From assembly GCA_963816145.1 (NCBI GenBank), contig CAWFJP010000005.1, positions 256,001 to 320,000 of the forward strand: a DNA stretch of 64,000 nt, given 5' to 3'. Positions 50,581-59,521 of this stretch are shown here, piece after piece (position 1 is the stretch's first letter; each line of letters begins with the position of its first letter). A model generated the notes under the pieces. It was not told where the DNA came from. It searched no databases and saw only the letters and a list, made by a program, of their open reading frames with translations. This stretch comes from an uncultured delta proteobacterium. Lineage in GTDB: Bacteria; Desulfobacterota; Binatia; UBA9968. The position numbers and the translations under genes are program-made.

Positions 50581-51636
50581 GTGAAACGAGACTTTCCGAT
50601 CATCGATGCGGACGGGCATGTCATTGAGGACGTCCAGCAGTTGCGCGAGTTTTTGCCCGGCTCGTACCAGAAGGAAGCGGGCAAACGCGAGTACGTGTTG
50701 TTGCCGCGCGACGGTTGGATGCGCGGCGCGCTGACGCCGCGCAAGCGCGAAGATCCCGATCCGAAACGCTGGATCAGCTTTCTCGACGCCTGCGGCATAT
50801 CGACCACAGTGCTGTACACCAGCGCCGGTCTGAGCATCGGTCTGGTTCATGATAGCGACTGGGCCGTGGTCGTGGCGCGGGCCTACAATGACTGGTTGCA
50901 TGAGCATTTTCTCCGTGTCAGTCCGCGCTTCAAAGGCGTGGCGCTGCTGGCGGTGCAGGAGCCGGCCGAGGCGGCCAAAGAGCTTGAGCGCTGCGTGCGC
51001 GACCTTGGCATGGTCGGTGGCATGCTGGCGGCGGTGATGAATCCCATGCGCGGCTTCGGCTTGCCTCAGTTCGATCCGATCTTCGCAGCGGCGGAGCATT
51101 TGAACGTGCCGCTCGGCGTCCACGCCGGTTCTGCCGCCGAGTTGGGGCTCGATCATTTCACCAGTTTTGCCGGCGTCTATCCCTTGAGCCATCCGTTCGC
51201 CCAGATGCAGCAGCTGACCAGCATGATGATTCACGGCGTCTTCGAGCGCTTCCCGAAGCTGCGCGTGGCGTTTCTTGAGTCCGGCTGCGGCTGGGTTCCC
51301 TATTTGATGGACCGTCTCGAAGAGAGTTACGAGCATCGCTACAATCGTTGGCCCTACAAAGCCAAGAAATCGCCGCGCGAAATCATGCGCGGCGGCAATC
51401 TTTACTATTCCTGCGAAGTCGGCGAGTCAACATTGAGCTCGGTGGCAGCATTGATGGGCAGCAGCCAAATAATCTGGCCCTCGGATTTTCCCCATGAGCG
51501 GCCATGGGACGAGTTCTCCGGCGACCTCGACCGATTCATCGCCCGCGAGGATTTGACCGGGAGCGCGACGAGGCAGATTCTGCTCGACAACCCGTGCCGG
51601 CTGTATGGGCTCAAGCCCGAAGAACTGGCTAGATGA
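50581..51636 (+). CDS. Amidohydrolase_2 family protein (close paralog of 48089..49135)
   Basis: Same motifs; shares SFAGVYPLSHPFAQMQQLTSMMI and SDFPHERPWDEFSGD exactly. Confidence 0.9.
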   Translation: MKRDFPIIDADGHVIEDVQQLREFLPGSYQKEAGKREYVLLPRDGWMRGALTPRKREDPDPKRWISFLDACGISTTVLYTSAGLSIGLVHDSDWAVVVARAYNDWLHEHFLRVSPRFKGVALLAVQEPAEAAKELERCVRDLGMVGGMLAAVMNPMRGFGLPQFDPIFAAAEHLNVPLGVHAGSAAELGLDHFTSFAGVYPLSHPFAQMQQLTSMMIHGVFERFPKLRVAFLESGCGWVPYLMDRLEESYEHRYNRWPYKAKKSPREIMRGGNLYYSCEVGESTLSSVAALMGSSQIIWPSDFPHERPWDEFSGDLDRFIAREDLTGSATRQILLDNPCRLYGLKPEELAR

Positions 51637-51695
51637 ATTCCGAATTAGAGAATTAACCGCAAAGAGCGCAAAATGCGCAAAAAGGAAATGCACCC

Positions 51696-52667
51696 ATGAA
51701 AATCGCAGTGATCGATGATTACCAGAATGCGTTCAAAACTTTAAAATGTTTTCCCAAACTCGCCGGTCATGAGGTGGTGGTGTTTACCGACACCGCCAAT
51801 GACGTGGCGAGCCTGGCGGGGAAATTGAAAGACGCGGACGCCGTGGTGTTGACGCAGCAGCGTTCCTACTTTCCGCGCGAGCTGATCGAGAAGCTGCCTA
51901 AACTGAAGCTCATCGGTCAGACCGGTAGGGCCGCGACCCATGTCGATTTGGAGGCGTGCACGGAAAAAGGCGTCATCGTTTCTGCGGGCGGATCGGGGAA
52001 TCCCAACGCCACCGCGGAGCTTACCTGGGGATTGATCCTGTCGTCGCTGCGCAGTTTGCCGCGTGAAGTGACCCGACTTAGAGACGGCCAATGGCAATCG
52101 ACATTAGGTATCGGTGTCAGCGGCAAAACCATCGGCATCTACGCCTACGGCAAGATCGGCAGCATCGTTGCCGCGGTGGGCAAAGCCTTTGGCGCTCGTG
52201 TGGTTTGCTGGGGGCGTGAGGGTTCGACGGGCCGAGCGAAGGCCGCTGGATTCGAGGTTGCCAAGAGCCGCGAGGACTTCTTCGCCGAAGCCGATATTAT
52301 CAGCCTGCATTTGCCATTGAACAAAGATACTCGCGGCATCGTGACCGCCAGCGATTTGGCGCGCATGAAGCCGACGGCGTTGATCGTCAATGCCAGCCGT
52401 TCCGGCTTGATCGCCAAGGGGGCATTGGTCGAGGCTTTGAAGGCCGGGCGGCCAGGCTTTGCGGCAGTCGATGTTTACGACAAGGAACCGGTCGGCGCCG
52501 ATGAGCCGTTGATCAAGATGGGCAACGTCACATGTACACCGCATTTGGGCTACGTGACGCGTGAAAGCTATGAAGAGTATTACGCTGTGGTGGTCGACGA
52601 CATCGTCAACTTCGCCGCCGGCAAGCCGAGCCATGTTTTGAATCCGGATGCGCTTGGGAAAGCCTGA
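51696..52667 (+). CDS. D-2-hydroxyacid dehydrogenase family protein
   Basis: IDDYQ, TAELTWGLIL, YGKIG, MKPTA..VNASR, DVYDKEP, TPHLGY. Confidence 0.92.
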   Translation: MKIAVIDDYQNAFKTLKCFPKLAGHEVVVFTDTANDVASLAGKLKDADAVVLTQQRSYFPRELIEKLPKLKLIGQTGRAATHVDLEACTEKGVIVSAGGSGNPNATAELTWGLILSSLRSLPREVTRLRDGQWQSTLGIGVSGKTIGIYAYGKIGSIVAAVGKAFGARVVCWGREGSTGRAKAAGFEVAKSREDFFAEADIISLHLPLNKDTRGIVTASDLARMKPTALIVNASRSGLIAKGALVEALKAGRPGFAAVDVYDKEPVGADEPLIKMGNVTCTPHLGYVTRESYEEYYAVVVDDIVNFAAGKPSHVLNPDALGKA

Positions 52668-53426
52668 TCAATGAGTTTGTGTAGCCGCCTTTTGCTCGAA
52701 CATTGCGACGCAAAACATCATGAATATGAGGAGTACCGCCGATGCGGAATAGCGGCTTAATGCCAATCCACCGCCGCTGTGAGGCTTGTCAAGAAAGTCC
52801 CCTAATACTGCGCCAAGCGGTCGCGTGAGAATGAATGCCGCCCAGAACAGTAGGGTCCGAGAAAGGTTTGTCCAGTAGTAGGCTACGACGACGAATGCCA
52901 GTTGTCCGCCGAATATCATCATGCCTCCGAGATATCCAAGCCCCGCTGTGTCAGCCGTCCAATCGCCCAGCGCTGTGCCCAAGGTCTGAGAAAACATAAT
53001 CGTCACCCAATAGAACATCTCCGCCTTTGGAGAACTGATCGCATCGACGGATACCGTGCCCTGCGAACGATGCCAGATGGCCAAAGATGCCATCAGCAGG
53101 GCGAACAATATGGAAGATCCGCCTGCATAGCCGATCCCAAGAGAGCGGTCGGTGAAATCCGCTAACGTTGTCCCGACCGTTGTGGTTGCAATGATGGTTG
53201 CCCAGTAAAGCGATGGGTTAAAGCCCTTTGCCTTAATTTGCGCGACTACGGTGACTAGAAAGATTGCTGCGAAAATCACCGTTCCAACAAGATAGCCAAG
53301 ATCCATTGACATGGACACTGCATCGCCAGCAGTTTCACCCAGAGTCGTCGCAGCGATTTTGATGATCCAAAAGATCAACGTAATTTCTGGGACCTTGGTT
53401 AAAGTACGTTCGGTAGGACTATTCAC
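52668..53426 (-). CDS. COG4705/DUF347 membrane protein
   Basis: KVPEITLIFWIIKIAATTLGETAGD, EMFYW..TLGTALGD, FWAAFILTRPLGA..GD repeats. Confidence 0.88.
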   Translation of the reverse strand: MNSPTERTLTKVPEITLIFWIIKIAATTLGETAGDAVSMSMDLGYLVGTVIFAAIFLVTVVAQIKAKGFNPSLYWATIIATTTVGTTLADFTDRSLGIGYAGGSSILFALLMASLAIWHRSQGTVSVDAISSPKAEMFYWVTIMFSQTLGTALGDWTADTAGLGYLGGMMIFGGQLAFVVVAYYWTNLSRTLLFWAAFILTRPLGAVLGDFLDKPHSGGGLALSRYSASAVLLIFMMFCVAMFEQKAATQTH

Positions 53427-53548
53427 GCGACTCTCCTTTTTGTTCCAGGCAATTTTCTGCCAGCGGTCATCAAATCACAACCGAATGTCGAAGCTGCGGC
53501 GACAAAGTGTAATTCATGGATACGCGGGAGTCGCGTTTTTGCCTAAAG

Positions 53549-53585
53549 CTTTCACAAATGTAACGCTGCCGAAAGGTTTTGGTAA
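53549..53585. promoter_or_regulatory. Putative OmpR-family operator (copy 1)
   Basis: CTTTCA-N4-TGTAA, with GTAA/GAAA/GTAA at 11-bp spacing; similar site at 55790. Confidence 0.45.
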
Positions 53586-53719
53586 GCCTTGTCAGTGAAT
53601 CGTCGAAGCTTGACCATTTCGCCGGGTTCGACCCCTCTCTGGTTCAGTGGTCGACGTGACTTGAGTTTGCTGCGACTTTGAATTTAACTACCAATTGAAC
53701 TAATTTCATTGAATCAACT

Positions 53720-54394
53720 ATGCGCATCCTAGTCGTCGAAGACGATAAGAAAATCGCCTCGTTTATCGTCAACGGTCTCAAACAGGGCGGCTTTACCGTC
53801 GATCACGCCGATAATGGGCAAACCGGTATGGAGTTGGCGCTCGCATCTACTTACGATGCGGCGGTGATCGATGTGATGCTGCCACAGCTAGATGGCTTGA
53901 GCCTCATAGAACGACTACGCCAGCACAAGGTGCAGACACCGGTCATCATCCTGAGCGCCAAGCGATCGGTCGACGATCGCATCAAAGGGCTTCAGCGTGG
54001 CGGCGACGACTATCTGACCAAGCCGTTTTCCTTCGCCGAGCTTTTGGCGCGGCTGCATGCGCTGATCCGACGGACGAATCATGAAAGCGACCCGACGCGA
54101 TTTGCCGTCGGCGATCTGGCGCTCGATTTATTAACACGGGAAGTTTCGCGCGGCGACGTCAAAATCGATTTGCAGCCGCGTGAATTCGCTTTGCTGGAAT
54201 TGCTGATGCGCCACAAAGGTCAAGTGATATCGAAAACCATGATCATCGAGCAAGTTTGGGGTTATAGCTACGATCCGATGACCAACATCGTCGACGTTCT
54301 GGTGTCGCGGCTGCGCAATAAAATCGACCGAGACTTCGACGCTAAGTTGATTCAAACCTACCGGGGAGTGGGCTATGCCCTCAAGCTTCCTTAG
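53720..54394 (+). CDS. OmpR-family response regulator (CusR/CzcR-like)
   Basis: ILVVEDD, DVMLP..DG, DDYLTKPF, NIVDV..SRLRNKID, RGVGY. Confidence 0.94.
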   Translation: MRILVVEDDKKIASFIVNGLKQGGFTVDHADNGQTGMELALASTYDAAVIDVMLPQLDGLSLIERLRQHKVQTPVIILSAKRSVDDRIKGLQRGGDDYLTKPFSFAELLARLHALIRRTNHESDPTRFAVGDLALDLLTREVSRGDVKIDLQPREFALLELLMRHKGQVISKTMIIEQVWGYSYDPMTNIVDVLVSRLRNKIDRDFDAKLIQTYRGVGYALKLP

Positions 54395-55775
54395 CCAATT
54401 GCGCAGATCGCTGGCGTTTCGCTTGACGATTTGGTACGCGGCTAGCTTTATCGTCATCGGCTGTGCGATTTCACTGATCTCGTATTTTTACCTTGCTTCG
54501 GCGGTGCGTGATAACCGCAAGCTCATCCAATCGAAGCTCAAGGAAGTCGCGAGCGCCGCGCAAACCGACGGGGCCGAGGCGCTGGGCCGCTCGGTGATCG
54601 TGGATTATCCTGTCCATGGCGGAAGGACGGTTTTTATTCGCCTGCTGGATAGCCAAGGGAATGTCCGTTTTCAGAGCTATCCGGAAATCTGGGATGAATT
54701 TCCCTCCGCGCCGCGAGGCGCGGTCGCGGTCGGTGTGTGGCACTACGTGCCGTCAACGAAAGACCGCGACGTGCTCGAATTGACCACGGTGCGATTGCCC
54801 AACGGTGATTTGTTGCAAGCGGGCAAAGAGATTCAAGACCGCAAAGAAATCCTTGAGCGGTACCGCGAAACGATCATCGGTGTGACTTGCGGCATGATTC
54901 TGATTGGCCTGGCGGGTGGCGCGTGGTTGGCGTATCGCGCGCTCAAGCCGGTGCGTGACATCACGGCGGCAACGCGCTCGATCGTCGCCACAGGAAACGT
55001 CGAGGCGCGGGTTCCCGAGCGCGGCCGCGGTGACGAACTTGACGGCCTGACGGTTTTATTCAATCAAATGCTCGCGCGCATCGACGCTCTCATCACAGGC
55101 ATGCGCAATGCGTTGGACAATGTCGCCCACGATCTGCGCACACCGTTGACCCGGTTGCGTGGCATTGCCGAAATGGCGTTGCGTAGCGAAGAGAGCGCCG
55201 AGCCGCAGCGCGATGCTCTGGTGTCGTGCATCGAGGAGTCCGATCGCATTCTCGCTTTATTGAATAGGCTTATGGACATATCCGAAGCGGAAACCGGCTC
55301 CATGCGTCTCAACATCGCGCCCATCGATGTCGCCAGTCTCATCGATGAATCTGTCGGCCTTTACGAATCGGTCGCCGAAGAGAAACAGATTGCCATCGCC
55401 GTGGATTGTCCGCCAGAAGTTCACATCGCCGGCGACCACGCGCGCATGCGTCAAGTGGTCGCCAACCTGCTCGACAACGCGATTAAATACACCGATGCCG
55501 GCGGTCATGTTTGGATCAATGCTAGTCGACAGAACACCGGGGTGTCGATCTCCGTGCGCGACGATGGTTGCGGTATTTTGCCTGAAGAGCGGCCACGGAT
55601 TTGGGATCGGCTCCACCGCGGCGATCGCAGCCGATCGCAACCGGGCTTAGGGTTGGGCCTTAGTTTGGTGCGCGCCATAGTGAGCGCGCACAAGGGCCAT
55701 GTCGAAGTGCAAAGCGCCCCGGGACAGGGCGCCATTTTCACCGTGTTGTTACCCGTGCATCCCACAATGGCATAA
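54375..55775 (+). CDS. HAMP-domain sensor histidine kinase
   Basis: Two TMs, HAMP, AHDLRTPL H-box, NLLDNAIKY, DDGCG, GLGLGL. Confidence 0.94.
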   Translation: MPSSFLSQLRRSLAFRLTIWYAASFIVIGCAISLISYFYLASAVRDNRKLIQSKLKEVASAAQTDGAEALGRSVIVDYPVHGGRTVFIRLLDSQGNVRFQSYPEIWDEFPSAPRGAVAVGVWHYVPSTKDRDVLELTTVRLPNGDLLQAGKEIQDRKEILERYRETIIGVTCGMILIGLAGGAWLAYRALKPVRDITAATRSIVATGNVEARVPERGRGDELDGLTVLFNQMLARIDALITGMRNALDNVAHDLRTPLTRLRGIAEMALRSEESAEPQRDALVSCIEESDRILALLNRLMDISEAETGSMRLNIAPIDVASLIDESVGLYESVAEEKQIAIAVDCPPEVHIAGDHARMRQVVANLLDNAIKYTDAGGHVWINASRQNTGVSISVRDDGCGILPEERPRIWDRLHRGDRSRSQPGLGLGLSLVRAIVSAHKGHVEVQSAPGQGAIFTVLLPVHPTMA

Positions 55776-55789
55776 CGCCAACTCCGCAC

Positions 55790-55826
55790 CTTTCAATTTT
55801 GTAATGTTCTAGACAGATTCCAGCAA
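55790..55826. promoter_or_regulatory. Putative OmpR-family operator (copy 2)
   Basis: CTTTCA-N4-TGTAA, with GTAA/GACA/GCAA at 11-bp spacing. Confidence 0.45.
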
Positions 55827-56051
55827 GGTTTCCGATTCTGTTTTTTGTTTTCCGTGTTAGCTTCGTAACCATCGTGGTTGCTGCAAATAATTTGTTGTGC
55901 CGCGCCAACTTGACGGCTGCGATAGAGGAACAACGTGTTGTCTGAACAATCGATGGAAGCTGCAGTTAAGGAGAAGGCTGCTAAAAAGCGGTCTCTCAAA
56001 CGAAGCGCGACAAAGGATGCAAAGCTAAGCGGGCCGGTAACCGCGTCGGCG

Positions 56052-56666
56052 ATGAAAATCCCGCTGCTTGATCTCACGCCAAAGTTTCATTCCATCGAAG
56101 CCGAGCTGCATCAGCCCTGGGAGCAGATTTTCTCGTTTATGCGGCTGCTCAACGGCGCAAATCTACTGGCCTTTGAAAAAGAATTTGCCAAGTTCTGCGG
56201 CGTCAAGCACGCGCTCGGAATGGCCTGCGGTACCGATACTATTCCCCTGTCTTTGCGTGCAATGAATATCGCGCCGGGCGACGAGAATGTCTTGGCGGCG
56301 CATGCGCCGGCGCCGGTCATTGAACGGGTTATCCACATAGGTGCTGTGCCTGTACTGATCGACAAAGCCAACGCGGATTATGGCCCCGACTTGGACGGTT
56401 TATCGGCAGCCATAAGCACGACAACCAAGGCCCTGATCACCGTGCATTTTTTGGGTTTGCCCTGCGCCATGGATGACATCAATCGCATTGCCGCCGACCG
56501 CGGTGTCGCGGTAATCGAAGATGCGTCGCAAGCCCAAGGCGCGTTTTACCGCGGGAAGCGGGCTGCAGGCCTGGGAACGATCACCCCGATGAGCTTGGGG
56601 CCGGTAAAAAATCTAGCCTGTTACGGCGACGGCGATTCGCAGTGTTCCCCAACCGCTTCGGCTTGA
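56052..56666 (+). pseudogene. Truncated DegT/DnrJ/ArnB-type sugar aminotransferase
   Basis: IPLLDL, FEKEFA, IEDASQAQGA, KNLACYGDG, then the ORF ends at ~205 aa; the family normally continues well past this motif. Confidence 0.8.
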
Positions 56667-56699
56667 ACGCCGCCGGGTCACAATTTTAAGTGAACGTCA

Positions 56700-57863
56700 T
56701 TGAGTCGTATTAATCCGGCAACTATGAGTCAATCCGCGGTTCAGCAGCGGGCCTTCCGCTACCAGTTAGATCGACGCATTCGCGCAGCGGCGATGTTTGT
56801 AATGACCCGGATTATGCCCAGAACCGCGCCTGCGACCGTCGATCTGCGGCGCGAGAAAATTGAAAGGATTCTTTTAGTCCGCGGTGCGTTTCGTTTGGGC
56901 AATGCAATTCTGGCGACGCCGGCGATCCTACTGTTCCGCCAGAATTTTCCCAACGCTAGGATTGACTTCGTTGGCGGCAGCGCCGCTAAAGCGCTATTCA
57001 TTAACTTGCCGATCGATCACTTTTACAGCGTCTATCATAATTATTTAAAAGCTAGTTGGAGTTATCTATTCCTGCTCAAGGAGCTGCGCGGGCAAAAGTA
57101 TGATTTGGCGGTCGATGTGAGCGGATCGAGCACGGCGATGGGGGCTTTACTTGTCGGTGCGTCGGGCGCCCGGCTGCGCGCTGGACTGGCAGGGAAATGG
57201 GACCGTTGGTTCAATCTGCGAATTCGCCGCGCCGGCGCGCGGAACAAGTACGATAGTATGAGTCATTTGATTGGCGAGATGGGATTGGAAGGCGCCATCT
57301 GTTATCCGCGGGTGATTCTTTCGCCGTATGAGTTGGCGCGCGGACGGCAGCGAGTTCGCACAACGTTTGGCGAATCCGCAGGCCCGGTGGTGGGTTTGTT
57401 TGTCGGCGGGCGCAAGGCCCGCGGAAAGCGCTGGTCCAAGGAGAATTTCCTCCAACTCGCCTTAACGCTCAATGGTCGTGGTACACGGGTTATAATATTC
57501 GTCGGGCCGGAGGAACGGGAACTGGTCGCATATTTTCACGGCGAAGTCGGCCACCGCACCAAGGTTGTTTTTGACCCGGATCTGCGCCGAGTCGCCGCGC
57601 TGATCTCAGCCTGTGATTTGTTCGTTGCCTGCGATAGCGGCCCGGTCCATCTCGCCTGCGCGCTCCGGGTGCGCACCGTAGCGATTTTTCTGCATGATGA
57701 CTTCGCTCGCTGGGGTCCACCTTCTGAGTTGGCGCGAATCGTTTATGACGCAAATGGCGTGTCTGCTGAGGCCGTTTTCGATGCTTGTCGTCAGGAACTA
57801 TCGCCGAATAGTGCTATTACAGTCGATGAGAATCGCGCCGAGAGCGGTATTGCAGCAGGGTGA
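56700..57863 (+). CDS. Glycosyltransferase family 9 (heptosyltransferase-like)
   Basis: RLGNAILATP, YDLAVD, KRWSKENF, DSGPVHLA.A; start may be ATG 56724. Confidence 0.87.
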   Translation: MSRINPATMSQSAVQQRAFRYQLDRRIRAAAMFVMTRIMPRTAPATVDLRREKIERILLVRGAFRLGNAILATPAILLFRQNFPNARIDFVGGSAAKALFINLPIDHFYSVYHNYLKASWSYLFLLKELRGQKYDLAVDVSGSSTAMGALLVGASGARLRAGLAGKWDRWFNLRIRRAGARNKYDSMSHLIGEMGLEGAICYPRVILSPYELARGRQRVRTTFGESAGPVVGLFVGGRKARGKRWSKENFLQLALTLNGRGTRVIIFVGPEERELVAYFHGEVGHRTKVVFDPDLRRVAALISACDLFVACDSGPVHLACALRVRTVAIFLHDDFARWGPPSELARIVYDANGVSAEAVFDACRQELSPNSAITVDENRAESGIAAG

Positions 57864-58024
57864 CCGCCGTCATTGAGAAGCGGAATGATGGCCTTCCCGC
57901 GCAAGGGTATTCTCGGTACGTGACGTTGGACAAGCCTCCGTTCCCTGTCTTGAGTTTTACCTGCTCACTTTAATAATCGGATCAGAGTCATGGGTGACAA
58001 GATAACCGACAACAGGATGTCGCA

Positions 58025-59521
58025 TTGAACGCCGCTGATAGACTCACAAACGGCGATAAATTATTGTTTGGGTTGATCTTTGCCGGTCTGCTTCTTTGCC
58101 TGCTGTTTGCGCCGCCGATCTGGAATCGAGGAGAAGCCCGGGAGGGCTTGGTTGTGCAGGGGATTGTCCACAACCAGCAATGGATATTGCCATTTCGCAA
58201 TGGCGAATTGCCTTCTAAGCCGCCACTCTTTCACTGGATCGCCGCGAGTGGGGCGTCGGTTCTCGGCGAAAGCGATTTTGCTCTGAGACTGCCTTCGGCT
58301 ATCGGCGCGGGCGTAATGATCTTATTTACCTTTTTGCTCGGTCGCGCAATGGGCGGTAGACTGACAGGGTGGCTTGCCGTTGGGGCGCTCTTGGGTATGT
58401 ATGATTTTTGGCATGCCGCGTGGCAGGCCCGCGTGGACATGATATTTAGTGCCTGTGTAACAGCCGCGATTGCCGGCTTTTATTTTTGGTATCGAAATCG
58501 GTCTGACAGGGCGCGCACGAGTTGCTATCTCGCGACGGTTTGTGCCGTGCTTGCTAAGGGGCCGCTTGGTATCGCGCTGGTTGGTTTAGTAATCCTTGGC
58601 TTCTTGGTTGTCGAGAAGCGGCCTCGTTTGTTGTGGACATTTTGGTCCTGGCCGCTGGTTGGCTTGGCGTTGGTCGTCATCGGCGGGTGGTACGGCTGGG
58701 CCTATGCCATCGGCGGGCAAAAGTTTTTAGCGTTGCAAATCGGTATTGAAAACGTCGAGAGGCTTGTCGGTGGTGAGGCGTTTCCGAGGCGACCCGTGTA
58801 TCTCGATACGGCGATTTGGTTGGGCACCCGAACGTTGCCCTGGAACCTCGTCCTTCTCTGGTCGCTGGTTCGATGGCGGCGCGGCACGCGTGAAAATAGC
58901 GACGGTCACCTGTTGCACGTCTGGTGGCTGGCGATGTTTTGTTTGTTTTCCGTGGCGGCGTTCGCGCGCTCGGTGTATTTTCTTCCGATGCTTCCGGCGA
59001 TCGCTTTGCTCGCCGCACGGGCTTTGAGCGCCGCGATGCCGCAACCTAGCGCGGCAAGTGACACCGGAGACGCTAAAACCACGGTATTATATTGGCGGAG
59101 TCCGGCAACCTGGATAGGCATCGGCGTCATAGTGTGCGACTTGATATTCATGTTCGTGAGTTACGGCAGATGGCGCGATGATAGTCAGCTCAAGGCGAGA
59201 TTGGCGTTTGAAAAGAATCTCAGGGTCTTGATACCTATGGAAGCCCCGCTTTTTGCTACTCCGGGGCTTGACGTCGACGAAGTCATGGTCCTGGCCTATC
59301 GCCTAAAGCGGGAGATCGACCGCAGACCGCTGGCCTGCGCGAAGCGAGATGACTATTTTTTGGCGCCCACTGACAAACTGGCGGCCGGACAAGCGCAGGT
59401 CCTCGCATTGTTGGATCGCAGCAAGGTTGCGCTCGTCCGAGTGGTTGATGAAACCCATTCTGCTAACGGGGAAGCTTGCAAAAATGATTCTTTTCAGAAT
59501 TCTGATGGCGGAGACGTTTGA
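58025..59521 (+). CDS. ArnT/PMT-like GT-C glycosyltransferase
   Basis: GEARE, KPPLFHW, LRLPSA, ARVDM, KGPLG, LPW, YFLP. Confidence 0.88.
   Translation: MNAADRLTNGDKLLFGLIFAGLLLCLLFAPPIWNRGEAREGLVVQGIVHNQQWILPFRNGELPSKPPLFHWIAASGASVLGESDFALRLPSAIGAGVMILFTFLLGRAMGGRLTGWLAVGALLGMYDFWHAAWQARVDMIFSACVTAAIAGFYFWYRNRSDRARTSCYLATVCAVLAKGPLGIALVGLVILGFLVVEKRPRLLWTFWSWPLVGLALVVIGGWYGWAYAIGGQKFLALQIGIENVERLVGGEAFPRRPVYLDTAIWLGTRTLPWNLVLLWSLVRWRRGTRENSDGHLLHVWWLAMFCLFSVAAFARSVYFLPMLPAIALLAARALSAAMPQPSAASDTGDAKTTVLYWRSPATWIGIGVIVCDLIFMFVSYGRWRDDSQLKARLAFEKNLRVLIPMEAPLFATPGLDVDEVMVLAYRLKREIDRRPLACAKRDDYFLAPTDKLAAGQAQVLALLDRSKVALVRVVDETHSANGEACKNDSFQNSDGGDV

Noticed and set aside
7596-51685. CRISPR array in the repeat-rich gaps
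   Set aside because: Units are 6-9 nt, degenerate and inverted, with no unique spacers and no cas genes.
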